A DNA stretch of 43,400 nucleotides from Octopus bimaculoides (taxonomy: Eukaryota), in the NCBI RefSeq assembly GCF_001194135.2, contig NC_068981.1, positions 123,092,897-123,136,296 on the forward strand, read 5' to 3'. The number at the start of each line of letters is the position of its first letter. Within the stretch, counting starts at the first letter, position 1. Position numbers and translations under genes: made by a program. The notes beneath the pieces were generated by a model that had not been told where the DNA came from, made no database searches, and saw only the letters and a list, made by a program, of their open reading frames with translations. This document shows positions 10,441-23,847 of this stretch, piece after piece.

Positions 10441-12224
10441 CGTACCATACAATTTTTAGGAATCTGATACAAACTTTAAGATGTAGTACTATATACACTA
10501 GCCTTGAAAATATAGATGTTCACAGCTAGGATACTTTTGATTATAGGTTAGATCAATTAAGGTTGATAAAGGGCTAACCAACGACAGCAAATGTGTTGTG
10601 ACTTTGTGGTTGTTGCTCATTAGTCTACACAAATCCTGATGTATTTACTTACAGAAAACATTCTGGATACGATCATCTATTGTTGTGTATCTAGGTCTCT
10701 ATATTATTCAATGTGCTGTGTGTGTTTGATATAGTTGGTTTTAGTTTCAAGAAGATTAGATTCGAAGCGCTCACTTTGAAACATTTAAATTGGCTCTCGA
10801 ATCTTTTGCTTTTTAGTCGGAAATCAGTCCTAACCAGGCCTATCTCTGATCAAAGGTAATTAAGCCATGGATATTAAGTCATTTGGTAGTGTTATCTAGG
10901 ACAATATATAACCAGCACCTTTCCCTTTTCTAATGTGATCAAATGCGTTTCTTTGTATTACAAATTGAGGCAGAATCATTTGTATCAAACATTTAGAAAG
11001 ATATTGAGGGCTATGAAACATAATTTTGTGCTTTCATTCAGATAAATAAAAGATTGGTAGTTTGGTAGCAAGCAAAGTTCCGTACAAGAAACTAGTTCGG
11101 TTACAAACAGCTGATACCGATGCATTGCGAATGATAATACAATTCTAATGGATCGGCTGCGGATTTCGACGCATCTTCTTCTATAACAGGTCTTCCGCTC
11201 GTTTGGAATTATGCCACAAATATAATTGATCACACAGGGGTTCTTAATAATCCATATAGCATGTTATAACATTCCATTAGGATGTTGGCTAGAAATTGAT
11301 CAGAATTGGTGGCTGGCCTCACACACACACACACACACACACATACACACACAAACACACAAACACACACACACACAAACACACGCACACACACACACAA
11401 ACACATATATATGTATTTATATATGTATATATATATATNNNNNNNNNNNNNNNNNNNNNNNNNNNNNNNNNNNNNNNNNNNNNNNNNNNNNNNNNNNNNN
11501 NNNNNNNNNNNNNNNNNNNNNNNNNNNNNNNNNNNNNNNNNNNNNNNNNNNNNNNNNNNNNNNNNNNNNNNNNNNNNNNNNNNNNNNNNNNNNNNNNNNN
11601 NNNNNNNNNNNNNNNNNNNNNNNNNNNNNNNNNNNNNNNNNNNNNNNNNNNNNNNNNNNNNNNNNNNNNNNNNNNNNNNNNNNNNNNNNNNNNNNNNNNN
11701 NNNNNNNNNNNNNNNNNNNNNNNNNNNNNNNNNNNNNNNNNNNNNNNNNNNNNNNNNNNNNNNNNNNNNNNNNNNNNNNNNNNNNNNNNNNNNNNNNNNN
11801 NNNNNNNNNNNNNNNNNNNNNNNNNNNNNNNNNNNNNNNNNNNNNNNNNNNNNNNNNNNNNNNNNNNNNNNNNNNNNNNNNNNNNNNNNNNNNNNNNNNN
11901 NNNNNNNNNNNNNNNNNNNNNNNNNNNNNNNNNNNNNNNNNNNNNNNNNNNNNNNNNNNNNNNNNNNNNNNNNNNNNNNNNNNNNNNNNNNNNNNNNNNN
12001 NNNNNNNNNNNNNNNNNNNNNNNNNNNNNNNNNNNNNNNNNNNNNNNNNNNNNNNNNNNNNNNNNNNNNNNNNNNNNNNNNNNNNNNNNNNNNNNNNNNN
12101 NNNNNNNNNNNNNNNNNNNNNNNNNNNNNNNNNNNNNNNNNNNNNNNNNNNNNNNNNNNNNNNNNNNNNNNNNNNNNNNNNNNNNNNNNNNNNNNNNNNN
12201 NNNNNNNNNNNNNNNNNNNNNNNN

Positions 12225-12271
<47 letters not shown>

Positions 12272-12439
12272 GTATGCCTGTATATATGTGAGATAATATT
12301 TTCACTTTAATAGTTTCAGTATTAAAGGGAAAGTATGAAGGTGAAAATATCTGACATTACAATAGAAAGATGTGATCGTTTCGCTTTTGACAAGTATTAC
12401 TAAAATAGTGGAGGAGATATGATATTGCTGTGGGCTTGC

Positions 12440-12604
12440 ATTAGGCAAGACGTGAAACATTTTTGGGGCCTATGACACTACATGGACCCTAAGGAAGACA
12501 TGTGTAAAATTGATATGAAATCGGTTGTGTAGTTCTCAAATTTTAGGGATTCATACAGACACACAGACAGACACACACACACACAGAGCCAGACATACAC
12601 ACAT

Positions 12605-12612
<8 letters not shown>
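12440..12612 (-). mobile_element. Probable non-autonomous Helitron 5'-end remnant
   Basis: Minus strand reads (TA)n-tgagaatgtgtgt...ctgtgtgtctgtatgaatccctaaaatttgagaactacacaaccgatttcatatc. This is the (TA)-rich start, GTCT-type microsatellite and 'aaccgattt' pattern recalled for Helitron/HINE-type 5' ends. No matching 3' end is seen. Confidence 0.4.
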
Positions 12613-12642
<30 letters not shown>

Positions 12643-12821
12643 ATCAAGAATAAAAAAGACCGACAGAGACAGGCAGAAAAAAGGTATATCTCACTTGCAT
12701 TTGAAAACTATGGAAATATATTGAGAATATAAATTGAAAAAATTGCAGTGACTGAAACCGGTGCTAAAATGTTCTTCATGATAACATTTTTTTAGCATTT
12801 TCTACCTTGTCTTATTTTCCT

Positions 12822-12861
<40 letters not shown>

Positions 12862-13092
12862 NNNNNNNNNNNNNNNNNNNNNNNNNNNNNNNNNNNNNNN
12901 NNNNNNNNNNNNNNNNNNNNNNNNNNNNNNNNNNNNNNNNNNNNNNNNNNNNNNNNNNNNNNNNNNNNNNNNNNNNNNNNNNNNNNNNNNNNNNNNNNNN
13001 NNNNNNNNNNNNNNNNNNNNNNNNNNNNNNNNNNNNNNNNNNNNNNNNNNNNNNNNNNNNNNNNNNNNNNNNNNNNNNNNNNNNNNNNNCAA

Positions 13093-13124
<32 letters not shown>

Positions 13125-14311
13125 ACAAACACACACACACACACACATATATTTATATATATATATATATGCATATATTGGAGGTGCGTGTGTGTAGAAG
13201 GAAAGACAGGCAGGAAACAAAATCAAAAATCGAGATGAACGAAGAGTTCAATCGACTTATAGGGTCAGACGCGCACACACACACCCACACACTAAATGTA
13301 GATATTGATGTAGGTAAACAGACGGGCAGAGGGAGACAGACAGGCAGAAAGAGAGGAGGATGGACAAAGAGTGTAAATAATGCTATGGTATCGCTACAAA
13401 TGATCGTATCTAGTATCGCTATATTATTTATTTGAATTTGAGATTATTTTTTGTTCTTCAATGTTTTCCTGATTGTAGTTGGAACTAGTTACCGTAAACT
13501 TACCTTTATCTACTGTAACTTATTATCGATTTACGATATTTAGGAATTTATGTTCTCTGGAAATGCTTGAATAGCCAAAATATCAACTTTTTGCATGGGA
13601 ATTATAAAAGTTCAGTATTTACTATCGTTTTAAACTGTTTTGAATTCAATTCATGAAACGTGGCTGTTTCTTATTTTAGTTTTGGGGGATAAACTATGTT
13701 GTTTTTTTTTCGTGAAGACTCATTAAACGACTAAAGAAGGGCACTAAGTGCCAGAGTAACCAAAAGTATTTGTAAACGCATCGAGGTGTGGCAGGCTAAA
13801 AACAGTGAGATTTGATACTTTGCCAAGTGATTCGTTTGAAAAAGATTCAGATTATCATTTATTCATAGCAATGTACGCAAACATGTAACCTGTACTGGGC
13901 AAATACACCTTACAAGTCTTAATATTATTATCCCTTATATTCAAGTTATATTTTGAAACCGATACAATAAGAGATATTGCTGATTTTGTGTGTGCAGCGG
14001 AGGGGGTTTACAATATTGTTTTTCAATGATTTTCTAAAAACCCTGCATAACTGTTTGTTTCAGTTATCAGCAGGATATACCTTAAATCGATAAGCTAATG
14101 CTAGAGATAATGATATATAGTTGACAGGCCAAATATTTAGATTGGAGCGATTACATACATAAGAAGAGGTTTGTGTATTCAAACACGAAATTATCATTCA
14201 TTTTAAATTAGTTATGGAAGATAGAAAAAGTGTGCTTCAAAACTACAACAGAATGAGATGTTACTTTTATTGAAGACCTCTTGATATCACTTGTTTAAAA
14301 GGAAACGCTTA

Positions 14312-15110
14312 TATGGAGGTCGACTGAAATGTCCATAGACTGACTAAAATTCTCTCATGTAATATGACCGAATGACGTTAATTTTTCAATATACTCCACC
14401 TTGCGGTTCACACACTTCTTCGATTGGTGTTGCAAGGTTTGGATCTCACTAGGAAAGAAACTTTCATCCAATTGGTCATAAAAATTCTCAGCAGCAGATA
14501 TGATGTCATCATCCCTGCGATACTGGTTCTCAACAAAGTGTTTTTGCATTTTGGGGAACACAAAACAGTAAGATGGAGGTAAATTAGAAAAATAGGATGG
14601 GTGGTCCAGTTCAAAGCCACAGTCATGCACAGCAGCCATTGAAACCAAGAACTAGTGTGCTAGAGTATCAATGAACCTTTCATTAGTTACCCAGGGGGTT
14701 GGTTCTTGATAACCTTTCATAACTATCTCAGCAAGTTGGCATAATTTCTCCATTTCAAAATATTCGATGCCTTTTGCATCCCCAAAACCTGAACCCTGCA
14801 TAATAAAAAAACCTTAGCATATTTTGAAACGTGTGAAGAGGAGTGTTTCCTCTGGCTCAAAGTGATAAATCCAACACTCATTCTGAGTTAAGAACCATTC
14901 AAAGAAACTAGCAGGCTCTGGCTCAAACTATGTTAGATTGTCCGATGATGTAATCAACTTGGGGCGCTTTTTATGAAGTATAAAGAGACGTGGCACCCAC
15001 CGAGCAGAAACCTTCGTCACACCTTGTCCAATCGCCATGTAAGTAAAACGAGCAATGATTTCCTCAGTGTATCAGTTGCAAGACGTCTAGACCTTGGATC
15101 TTTTTCAATG
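14312..15110 (-). mobile_element. Mariner transposase pseudogene (DD34D), 3' two-thirds plus TIR
   Basis: Minus strand: KVSARWVPRL, FLTQNECWIYHFEPE, ..DAKG, YANLLR, then ORF 14355-14648 MAAVHDCGFEL.HPSYFSNLPPSY..FPKMQKH..QH..KKCV.RK.EYIEK (YSPDLAPSD-like). TIR-like tatggaggtcgactgaaatgtccatagactgac at 14312. Confidence 0.9.
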
Positions 15111-15170
<60 letters not shown>

Positions 15171-15197
15171 CTCTCTCTCTTTCTTTCTGTCTCTCTT

Positions 15198-15522
15198 TGT
15201 TATGGCGAGAATCATGACACCCACTGTGAGAATGGACTAGCCGAATTTGTATAAATAGTACCGTGTTTGACTGGGAGCTGGAGATGAGAAATCGCAGGAA
15301 GTCAAAAGGCGTTGTTCTTGTGTTCGTAGAATCGCAGTAAATTGTTGAGAAGTTGCTATAGTTCGTTTAGAGTTGTTTTGGATTGGTTACAGTTGTTGGC
15401 AGAGTATTTGGGAATGTATCAAGTGGAGACAGTTGGTGTCTACCCCGTTTCCGGGGTACTGTATGTCGCACTGTATTAGTGCACGACACTATGTTGACAT
15501 ATACAGAAACCACATTATAACA
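15198..15522 (+). mobile_element. Probable solo LTR inserted in a (CT)n microsatellite
   Basis: 325 bp with TG...CA termini and a 6-bp inverted repeat TGTTAT/ATAACA. Internal TATAAATA (~15251). Flanks ctctt/ctctc form a 4/5-matching TSD. Confidence 0.55.
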
Positions 15523-15540
15523 CTCTCTCTTTCATATACA

Positions 15541-15761
15541 TGCGAAGACATGTATATGAAAGTTCCTGGCTTTGGGTAAAAGAAAGTACAACAGATTCAG
15601 TTCATTATGATTTTGTTCAACATATTCCCCTCTCAGATTCACACACATATTGCAGTAGTCCTTCATTTTTCAAAGCCCTGTAAAAGAACTCGGGAGATTG
15701 GGCCTCATACCAGCCCTTTTATAATACCTTAAAGCCAGAAACCTTTCAGCAGCCTCTCGTA
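15541..15761. mobile_element. Mariner-derived MITE
   Basis: Right TIR aaagccagaaacctttcagcagcctctcgta (reverse complement TACGAGAGGCTGCTGAAAGGTTTCTGGCTTT) matches the degenerate left end tgcgaag...tgaaagttcctggcttt. TACGAG-type TIRs followed by TA are typical of mariner. Confidence 0.7.
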
Positions 15762-18127
15762 TATATACATACATTCACACACGTACACGCACGCACACAC
15801 GCAGACACACATGTATATGTTATTCAATAACATTTCAATTTGGCTCCATGCAACTTAAAATTTCGTGGGATTTTAATACGAAATTAACTCTTCAGACTTA
15901 GGCAGCCGAATATTATTTGAATTGAATAATTTAATTTGTGTTCGTTTATTTCTTTTGCGAGGACCATGCTGGTTATACACTTACGATACCAAGTTGTTTT
16001 TCTATCTTCTGTTGGTGAGTGAAATTTACGTTTGTGGACTATTATTTCCCGTTACATTGACAATTTAAGTGCAGTGTTTTTACGTACCAAAATGAAAAAT
16101 TACTTTTGCGAAATAAACTATACTTAAATTTCTATCAACCACAATCTCTAAATCTTATGCTAATATACTAATAAACACCTCTGTGTTGCGACTCATGTTT
16201 CAAAAGGTGAATATGTCAGTATGAAGGTAAAGACTAAACTCTGAGGAGCAGAATTTATTGGAAAGTAACTATGCAAATCCATGAATTCAAAAATTTCAGC
16301 TACATTGCAAAATTTCTGACAGTATAATATAAAACTAAGTTGCACCATCTATCCCAAAACAATTTTTGAAAAATGGAAATTTTTCCTGTCGTTCAACAGA
16401 ATCACTAACTGGAAGAATACTACAACGGATTTATGCAAAATTAGAGATGCAGATTCAGTTTTAGGTGAGTAGGTGTCTCCTCCATCTAAGTACATTGATT
16501 CACAAGACTTTATAACAAACGCACTATCATTTTATAACGACGAAGATGTGACAGTATTAAAAATGATGGAATATGAAGTGTTTTATATGTATCAAATTCT
16601 CAGAGACGAATGGAGATTTAAACAGATTTTTAAAATAGTGAATGAGAATTTCGGTATAAAAAATGCATAAAATTAGGTAAAATAATAACATTTTTTTAAA
16701 GGCAAAAGTGGTGAAAAAAACAGGACATCACTTCTTAGAGTACGGTAAAATGTATTGGATCGCCAATGAAATAGATCACGATACAAGAGGGGAGTGTGGG
16801 GAATTTTCAAACGATCTCCTCCAAAGCGTAGATGATATTGGAATGGTTGATTATTTGAAGGACAAACAATGTCTGTCAAGCTACTTTAAGTTATATTCAT
16901 TGAGAAAACAGATGTAATGTTTAGCTGTCTACTCTAGACAAAATTTAAAGAATTTTCGTACAGTTCTATATCGATTATCTTAAATAATTTCAAAAGGACA
17001 AACTCACATTAAAAATCTTAATATTTTTTCTTTCCTAATTTTTTTTCCGTTTGGTTTTTTGTTTAGATAAATTAGCGATTCATCTCAAATACCTCTAGAT
17101 CACTTTCTATGTCAGTTATCATTTTCTGTCGTAACAGAAGAAATACGTCATTTGTTTTCCAATTCCCCATATACTGCTAACTTTACATAATTTATTCCTG
17201 TTTCGTTATTTAATGCGTTTATTTTTTTTCATGACTCTTCCATATCTCTTACATCTGCTACTGATGGATTCTCAGAGTGTTCCTTTCATAATTTAAATTA
17301 ATTTACTCCTTGGTTTCTTTTCTTTACCGGTAATCTTCATGTTCTTCCTCTCCAACTTAATCCCTTTGTCGCCTCCTATCTTTTTATTTATTTCCTTGTC
17401 TCTCTTATTTAACCATATGTCCCACTTCACCATAAGCCAGCTACTTCATCAGATTATGTACACTCTCTCAACATCTCAGTGTTAATAACTTCCATTGATA
17501 TTGATAATTATTTTTGTCATACATTATTCCTGTTAGAAGAATACTGATTTCATATACAAAAGCAGTCTAGTAGATGAGCAATTTATTTAACTTTCAAACC
17601 TATCGCGAGAGCATTGTCGATGCAGAAAAGGTAAAACGGATATAAGCAAGAAGATGAATCTGGATTACGGAGTGGAATGAATGAGAAATTACAGATCCAG
17701 TTGTCCTTTGTACTAAAAATAACAATAAAGGACACAAAAGGACACATGTAGAACAATCACGAATAATATTTTAAATGCATATGTGGCATTATGCGAAGGT
17801 TTTGGCAGTGGATTTATAATCGATAAAATGCAACGTAACCTGAGCTTAATATTTTCTAAATCTCAAACATGGTTGATGTCCTAATCGATAAAGCTGTGGG
17901 ACACCTACTTTTCTATTCTGAACTCTAATATTATGAAGGTTGACTTTCATTTTCATCACTTTAGGTAAATAAAACACGTATCTAATTAATGTCAATCATA
18001 CTGTTCCTTAATGTGGGAGCCCCTGTGTTCTTGCTCAAATGAACTAAGGAGGATATTTAAGCGTAGAGCATTGAGAGATTAAATTACATATTGTAAAGCA
18101 AGTAGTCCAGCAGCTAAGCATTTCTCT

Positions 18128-18154
18128 CATACTACTAGTACTACTACTACTACA

Positions 18155-18224
<70 letters not shown>

Positions 18225-18252
18225 TTGCTGCTGTTGCAGCTGCTTTTACTAC

Positions 18253-18282
<30 letters not shown>
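18128..18282. repeat. Compound trinucleotide microsatellite (TAC)n-(TGC)n-(GAA)n
   Basis: Visible tracts; source of the poly-Ser and poly-Val ORF artefacts. Confidence 0.95.
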
Positions 18283-18283
<1 letters not shown>

Positions 18284-18345
18284 CTTATTAAGCACAGTGG
18301 AACATAAAGATTGAGCCCAGAACAAAGGGCAGTATACATGTTCAG

Positions 18346-18462
18346 GCGTTGGTGTGTATGCGCTGGTGTGGCCTTGTAGTAAAAAGCTTCATTCCTAATT
18401 ATATGGTCCCGGGTTCAATCTCAGTGTGTGGCACCTTGGGCAAGCGTATTTTGCCCATCGCA
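18346..18462 (+). mobile_element. tRNA-derived SINE fragment (family B)
   Basis: A-box-like gtggccttgtagtaaaaagc and B-box-like ccgggttcaatctc, followed by gtggcaccttgggcaag. Same family as 42900-43043. Confidence 0.7.
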
Positions 18463-18679
18463 TCCACGCACACACTCACACACACATACACACACACGCA
18501 CACACATACACACATACACACATACACACGCACATGTATGTTCGATCTGACTGATCCGGTACTGTTGCTGTATATCAAAAGATTGGAAGGCGGGAAAGAT
18601 TGTGAATTTCTTATAACCCGTCTACTATCGGCTAATTTCATACAACGTCAGTGCTCAGTTTAAAATGTTTACCTTCTAC

Positions 18680-19440
18680 TACATCCAGGAGCCCAATATT
18701 TTCAAGAACAGTTCAAGACGCTTCAGGAAATTTTTCCCTGGTCGACGAATATATAGTCAGGAGACTGAAGATACAGCTTTCCCTTTCATTCACGTCCAGT
18801 ACCATCAGCTTTCGGATCAGAGTGAGAAGAATAAGATTTTCCGTTACGAACTCCTTGCAATCGTCAGAATTCTGGTCTCATTATTAATCTCTATTAGTCA
18901 TATGTAATAGCGGAAACAATAATTTCGTTTTAAGCCGATCCAGGCCAAGTATCTTTAAACATCTCATTCTCAAATACGGTATTGTTTGCAGGAAGAAGAA
19001 AGTGAAAAATTCCAAGAATACACTTAACATCTTAAAAATAATGGATAACTTGTTCTCCTTGGCACTTGAATGGGTTTCCTCCAACAGCTCTTGCATCTTT
19101 TTTGTGTGTCATATATTCGTTGTCATTTATGAGTTTGAAATTACCGGCAGTTCGTAAAAAATTGTCGTTTGTCTCTGAGATGCCCGATGGCATTTTTATT
19201 AAGAATCGGTCGCTTGGGGTTATTGGATGTAACTGTCTATACCCTCCCTTTACGTTTGTATTTTGTCTTTGCATTTTGAAATGTATTGTTGTTTCTATTT
19301 TCAATGAGTAGTTGATAGGATTTGAGTTTTGTATGTTAAACTCTTATTTTCGTCATTTTTTCCGGTGCTTTGTTGTCTGCTTTTAGCTAGTGGCTTCCTA
19401 TCATTATTGGTGCGACTAAGGATTTAGTTTGTACATCCAA
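18680..19440 (-). mobile_element. Old CR1/L2-like LINE reverse-transcriptase remnant
   Basis: Minus-strand frames give GGYRQLHPITP..FLI (cf. GVPQGSPLSP.LF), TAGNFKLI (cf. FADD.KL), MQELLEETHSSAKENKLSI (cf. LQ..L..L..W...N.L.IN) and CLKILGL (cf. KDLGV). The motif order fits but identity is low. Confidence 0.4.
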
Positions 19441-19530
19441 CTTAAAAGGGCGTGCAATGAAAATTCCATGAACTACAGCAATCAACCTGAGAATTAATCT
19501 CGCGAAAGTGCATACTGCTAAAAGGCATAG

Positions 19531-19751
19531 ATTATATCGGCAGACGAATTTCGTCAGCACCTGATTTTATGGGATTACTGTATCACGGGATTTCAACGAG
19601 GGTTCGTATCAGCAGCAATAGACACCAAAAGTAAATGCTAGGCCAAATTCCGTCAAACTGATATAGTTTAACTCTGACTAAACATTTCTGGTGTTGCAGT
19701 GGCTATATATACATTTGTTATTACTGGCAGATATTCGTCTGCCAATATAAT
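19531..19751. mobile_element. 221-bp MITE-like element with 19-bp terminal inverted repeats
   Basis: ATTATATCGGCAGACGAAT (19531-19549) versus ATTCGTCTGCCAATATAAT (19733-19751): 18/19 reverse-complement match. Confidence 0.6.
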
Positions 19752-20177
19752 GTGTACTTTTTATCATTTTACGCCTAAACGAGAAGATTTTTTCAAAACA
19801 ATGGCTGTAATTTATGGCGTTTTAAATATTGCATGTTAGTTAAGTTGGATGGAGAAATTAATATTCTTTACAAAGATTCCTTCGGTTGCTAATAAAACAT
19901 TTAAGAGTTGAGTACATTTTTATCGTGGCAATCTTGGCGTGGGTAAGATTTTGGTGTACTTGTGGGGCCAGAGGTAGATGTGGTGTTCGTACTTGTTGTT
20001 GTGGTGTGTGCAAGTAGCTTGTTAACGCCTACTCCCCTGCGCCATAAGATCTTTGGTTTTTAACATGAAACAACCAGACTAATTTTGTCTTCAGTTGTCC
20101 TTTTCTTTGAATAAAGAGCTTTCGCAAAATTAGTTTGTTGTTCTAAGATTCCTAAAAACCTCAAGCACGGAAGTGAT

Positions 20178-20244
<67 letters not shown>

Positions 20245-21347
20245 CGCATGTATGTTTTGCATATCAGGGTTTCTGAACAACTGTGAGATTATTTTTATGT
20301 TGTTTAAGTTTTCTAATAACCTTTACTTCATTAGCACTTTAATGGAAATCTTAACGATAGATTGTATTCCAAATATTATTGCTAAGTCTCCAATATCAGC
20401 TAAGGTGAAATTGACATAGTAAACCACGAGAAAAATATTCCGTTCATCGTAACGGTATGATAAATAACCATTTCCCAAATCACAAAATGGCAGAAATATA
20501 AACTTTTAAACCAATTACTTGTCTGTTCACAACATATCATATATCTATATCCAAAAGTGGGTATATTGCTTCATATTTGAAAAACATATTTCTCTTCTTG
20601 AACAGAAATGGAGTTGAAAAGCAGCACACAGTTGCAAGTACCAGTTTGAAATTAATGAGATAAGACTAACAACAGCTATGGTAATTACAGCAATTTAAAT
20701 TAGGTATTGATTATTAATTTAAATGGCAATTTTGACTGCAGCTCACGTTCTTGTCTCTTCAATATTTTTTTATGTTTAGACATGTTTTCAGTGGTTACCG
20801 CATATGGAAACAGGTATGTTTACATGGGGTACTAATCGCTTACCCAATTTTATCTGTTCAATCTTGCATATTGAACAAATTCATATTTCAAGTTGGTATT
20901 TACCTCGCAAAGACTTAATATATTTTCAAATAATTTTGTAGGATATTTATTTCCCGTTCGTCTGCACTGAAACTATAAGTATGATAAGTGTGTATTGTGT
21001 GTGATTGTACATATACATTTTCAAGATCCAAGGATATAAGCGTAGGAGGTTTGTAAGCTTGGAGTAGTCTGTGGTAGGTATAAAAAGCAACGTTCAGGAA
21101 CAATGATAATTTATTGGCGTCGAAGTCTGTAGGCTTTTGTTTTTTATATGGAATTTCGATAACCTGGAAAAATTTATGTCACCAACTAGGGTTACCATGA
21201 ATGCGCATGAGAATCCAATTTGAAGGAGAGCAACAGGTATAATACAGTGTATATGTGTTTGCTATCTAGCAGATCCTCTGATGTAATAATTATTCAACGA
21301 GGGGTACTCAGCTAGCTACTCACCAGGATGAAGATACTTTAATTTAA

Positions 21348-21379
<32 letters not shown>

Positions 21380-22061
21380 NNNNNNNNNNNNNNNNNNNNN
21401 NNNNNNNNNNNNNNNNNNNNNNNNNNNNNNNNNNNNNNNNNNNNNNNNNNNNNNNNNNNNNNNNNNNNNNNNNNNNNNNNNNNNNNNNNNNNNNNNNNNN
21501 NNNNNNNNNNNNNNNNNNNNNNNNNNNNNNNNNNNNNNNNNNNNNNNNNNNNNNNNNNNNNNNNNNNNNNNNNNNNNNNNNNNNNNNNNNNNNNNNNNNN
21601 NNNNNNNNNNNNNNNNNNNNNNNNNNNNNNNNNNNNNNNNNNNNNNNNNNNNNNNNNNNNNNNNNNNNNNNNNNNNNNNNNNNNNNNNNNNNNNNNNNNN
21701 NNNNNNNNNNNNNNNNNNNNNNNNNNNNNNNNNNNNNNNNNNNNNNNNNNNNNNNNNNNNNNNNNNNNNNNNNNNNNNNNNNNNNNNNNNNNNNNNNNNN
21801 NNNNNNNNNNNNNNNNNNNNNNNNNNNNNNNNNNNNNNNNNNNNNNNNNNNNNNNNNNNNNNNNNNNNNNNNNNNNNNNNNNNNNNNNNNNNNNNNNNNN
21901 NNNNNNNNNNNNNNNNNNNNNNNNNNNNNNNNNNNNNNNNNNNNNNNNNNNNNNNNNNNNNNNNNNNNNNNNNNNNNNNNNNNNNNNNNNNNNNNNNNNN
22001 NNNNNNNNNNNNNNNNNNNNNNNNNNNNNNNNNNNNNNNNNNNNNNNNNNNNNNNNNNNNN

Positions 22062-22860
22062 AAGACGAGCTAGTATTTGATCATTTAATCATTCATCGAC
22101 AAATGAGTCCCATCCGAAAAGTCAGGTAATTGCATCAATGGTTTCCTCACAAACTTTCCGAGTCTAATCGCACGCAGAGAGTGAATGTTTGCTCTTTTTT
22201 GCTGTCACATCCCACAAACGAATTCTCTGTGGACCGAATAGTGACTGGTAACGAGAAATGGGTTCTCTATAAAAATGTCAAGCGCCAAAGAATGCGGGTA
22301 AAGAAAGGAGAAACACTAGTACTCTAGGCTAAAGAAGTTTTTCACCTACGCAAGATGTTATTATCTATTCGGTGAGATATAAAAAGCGTATTTCATTTTG
22401 AACTTTTTAAACTTAAACCAAACGATAACAAAGGAGATCTACTACGAGTAGCTTGAGCCGCTTAAGTCAGTGCTAGAAGAAAAACGACCATCTTTGGTGT
22501 CGAGACGAAAGGCCACATGCAGCGAGGATGACATTTCAAAGTATCAGTTTGAATGGGAAATGATTCCCCATCCACCATATTCGCCGGTCATTGTCCCATC
22601 AGGTGATCATTTATTCCAGTCTTCAAAACCATTTCGACGAAAAAGATATGAATCCTATAGACGAAGTCAGAACAGTACTGGAGGAGTATTTTTCATCACG
22701 TACAAGTGAATTTTAGAAAAGGGGCCTTTCGGGTCTACCAGATAAATGGAAGAGCAGTGTAGAAAATGAAGGAAATATATTTTAGATTAAAAAAGAACTT
22801 TGTTTAACTTAATTTTGAAAAATAAAAGAAGTGTATAAAAACCGGATTATTTATATATTA
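22062..22860 (+). mobile_element. Mariner transposase pseudogene (5' end lost in the assembly gap)
   Basis: QWFPHKL (WVPHEL), DRIVTGNEKWVLYKNVKR (first catalytic D mutated to N), LEEKRPSLVSR, IPHPPYSPVIVPSGDHLFQS (HPPYSPDLAPSDYHLF), GLPDKWKSSVENEG; followed by a TIR-like aaaaaccggattatt. Confidence 0.92.
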
Positions 22861-23255
22861 TTTATATATATACACACAAACACGAGTTGATAGACAAATG
22901 AAAGAAGGGAACTCAACATATTTATTAGGAGTTACATGTATGGATTAAAACACTTTTATTCAAATTCGTTGGTCGTGAAGCTGATCTTCATCCATTTTGA
23001 ATTTGATTTTATTTCATTCATATTAAATCAAATAATTTGATTCAAGATCGAATGAATGTGGTGATATCTAAGGTATGTGTGTGCCCAAACAACAATTATT
23101 TTAGTGCTTTTGCCACAACTAGATCACATGTCACTGCCCAGGTGTCGAAACCATAGTGATATCCGTGTGGAAGCTGATGATGGAAGTGTGTTAGGTCGGT
23201 GTGGCTGTTATTGTAAGTGCGAAAAAGTGTTATAACCCATCCGTTTTAAATATAA

Positions 23256-23296
<41 letters not shown>

Positions 23297-23814
23297 TATA
23301 TATATATAAATCTCTGAGCGAGTGTATATATATAACTACACACACACAAATATATATATGCATATATATATGTATATACACAAACATGCCTATGTGTTAA
23401 GATGTTCATTTCATAAACACATGCTTTCAGGTTCCCATTCTGTACATTATTGTTTTTCTGTCTAAACGATTGAGGACTAGTATTGGTTTGATCATGCTCC
23501 TGTAATATATCGGCTGCACAAAAATTAAAAAAATATAAAGTATCATACAATTATAAGATCCGCTTTAATCAACCGCCGTCCATTGGTTGAAACAAATAAA
23601 AGGATAAAGGAATAGAAGTGTGTGTGTGTGTATGTGTGCTTGTATATCTACAAATGTATATATATGTATATATATACATATATATGTGTGTGTGTATTTA
23701 TATGTATGTAATATGTACCTGTGTGTATACATATATAAACATATATATGCATCATATATGTACATATACATATGTGTGTGTCTGTGTATATACATAAACA
23801 TATATGTGTATCAA

Positions 23815-23847
<33 letters not shown>

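Noticed and set aside
279-13435. Long ORFs spanning N-gaps and (AT)n/(GT)n/(CA)n tracts (e.g. 279-1274, 11226-12296, 12792-13226)
   Set aside because: They are open only because N runs and dinucleotide repeats lack stop codons; the translations are YI/HT/VC repeats.
14064-14168. Good acceptor (tgtttgtttcag) and donor (AG|gtttgt) pair
   Set aside because: Stops occur in all three frames, and there is no evidence for a non-coding exon.
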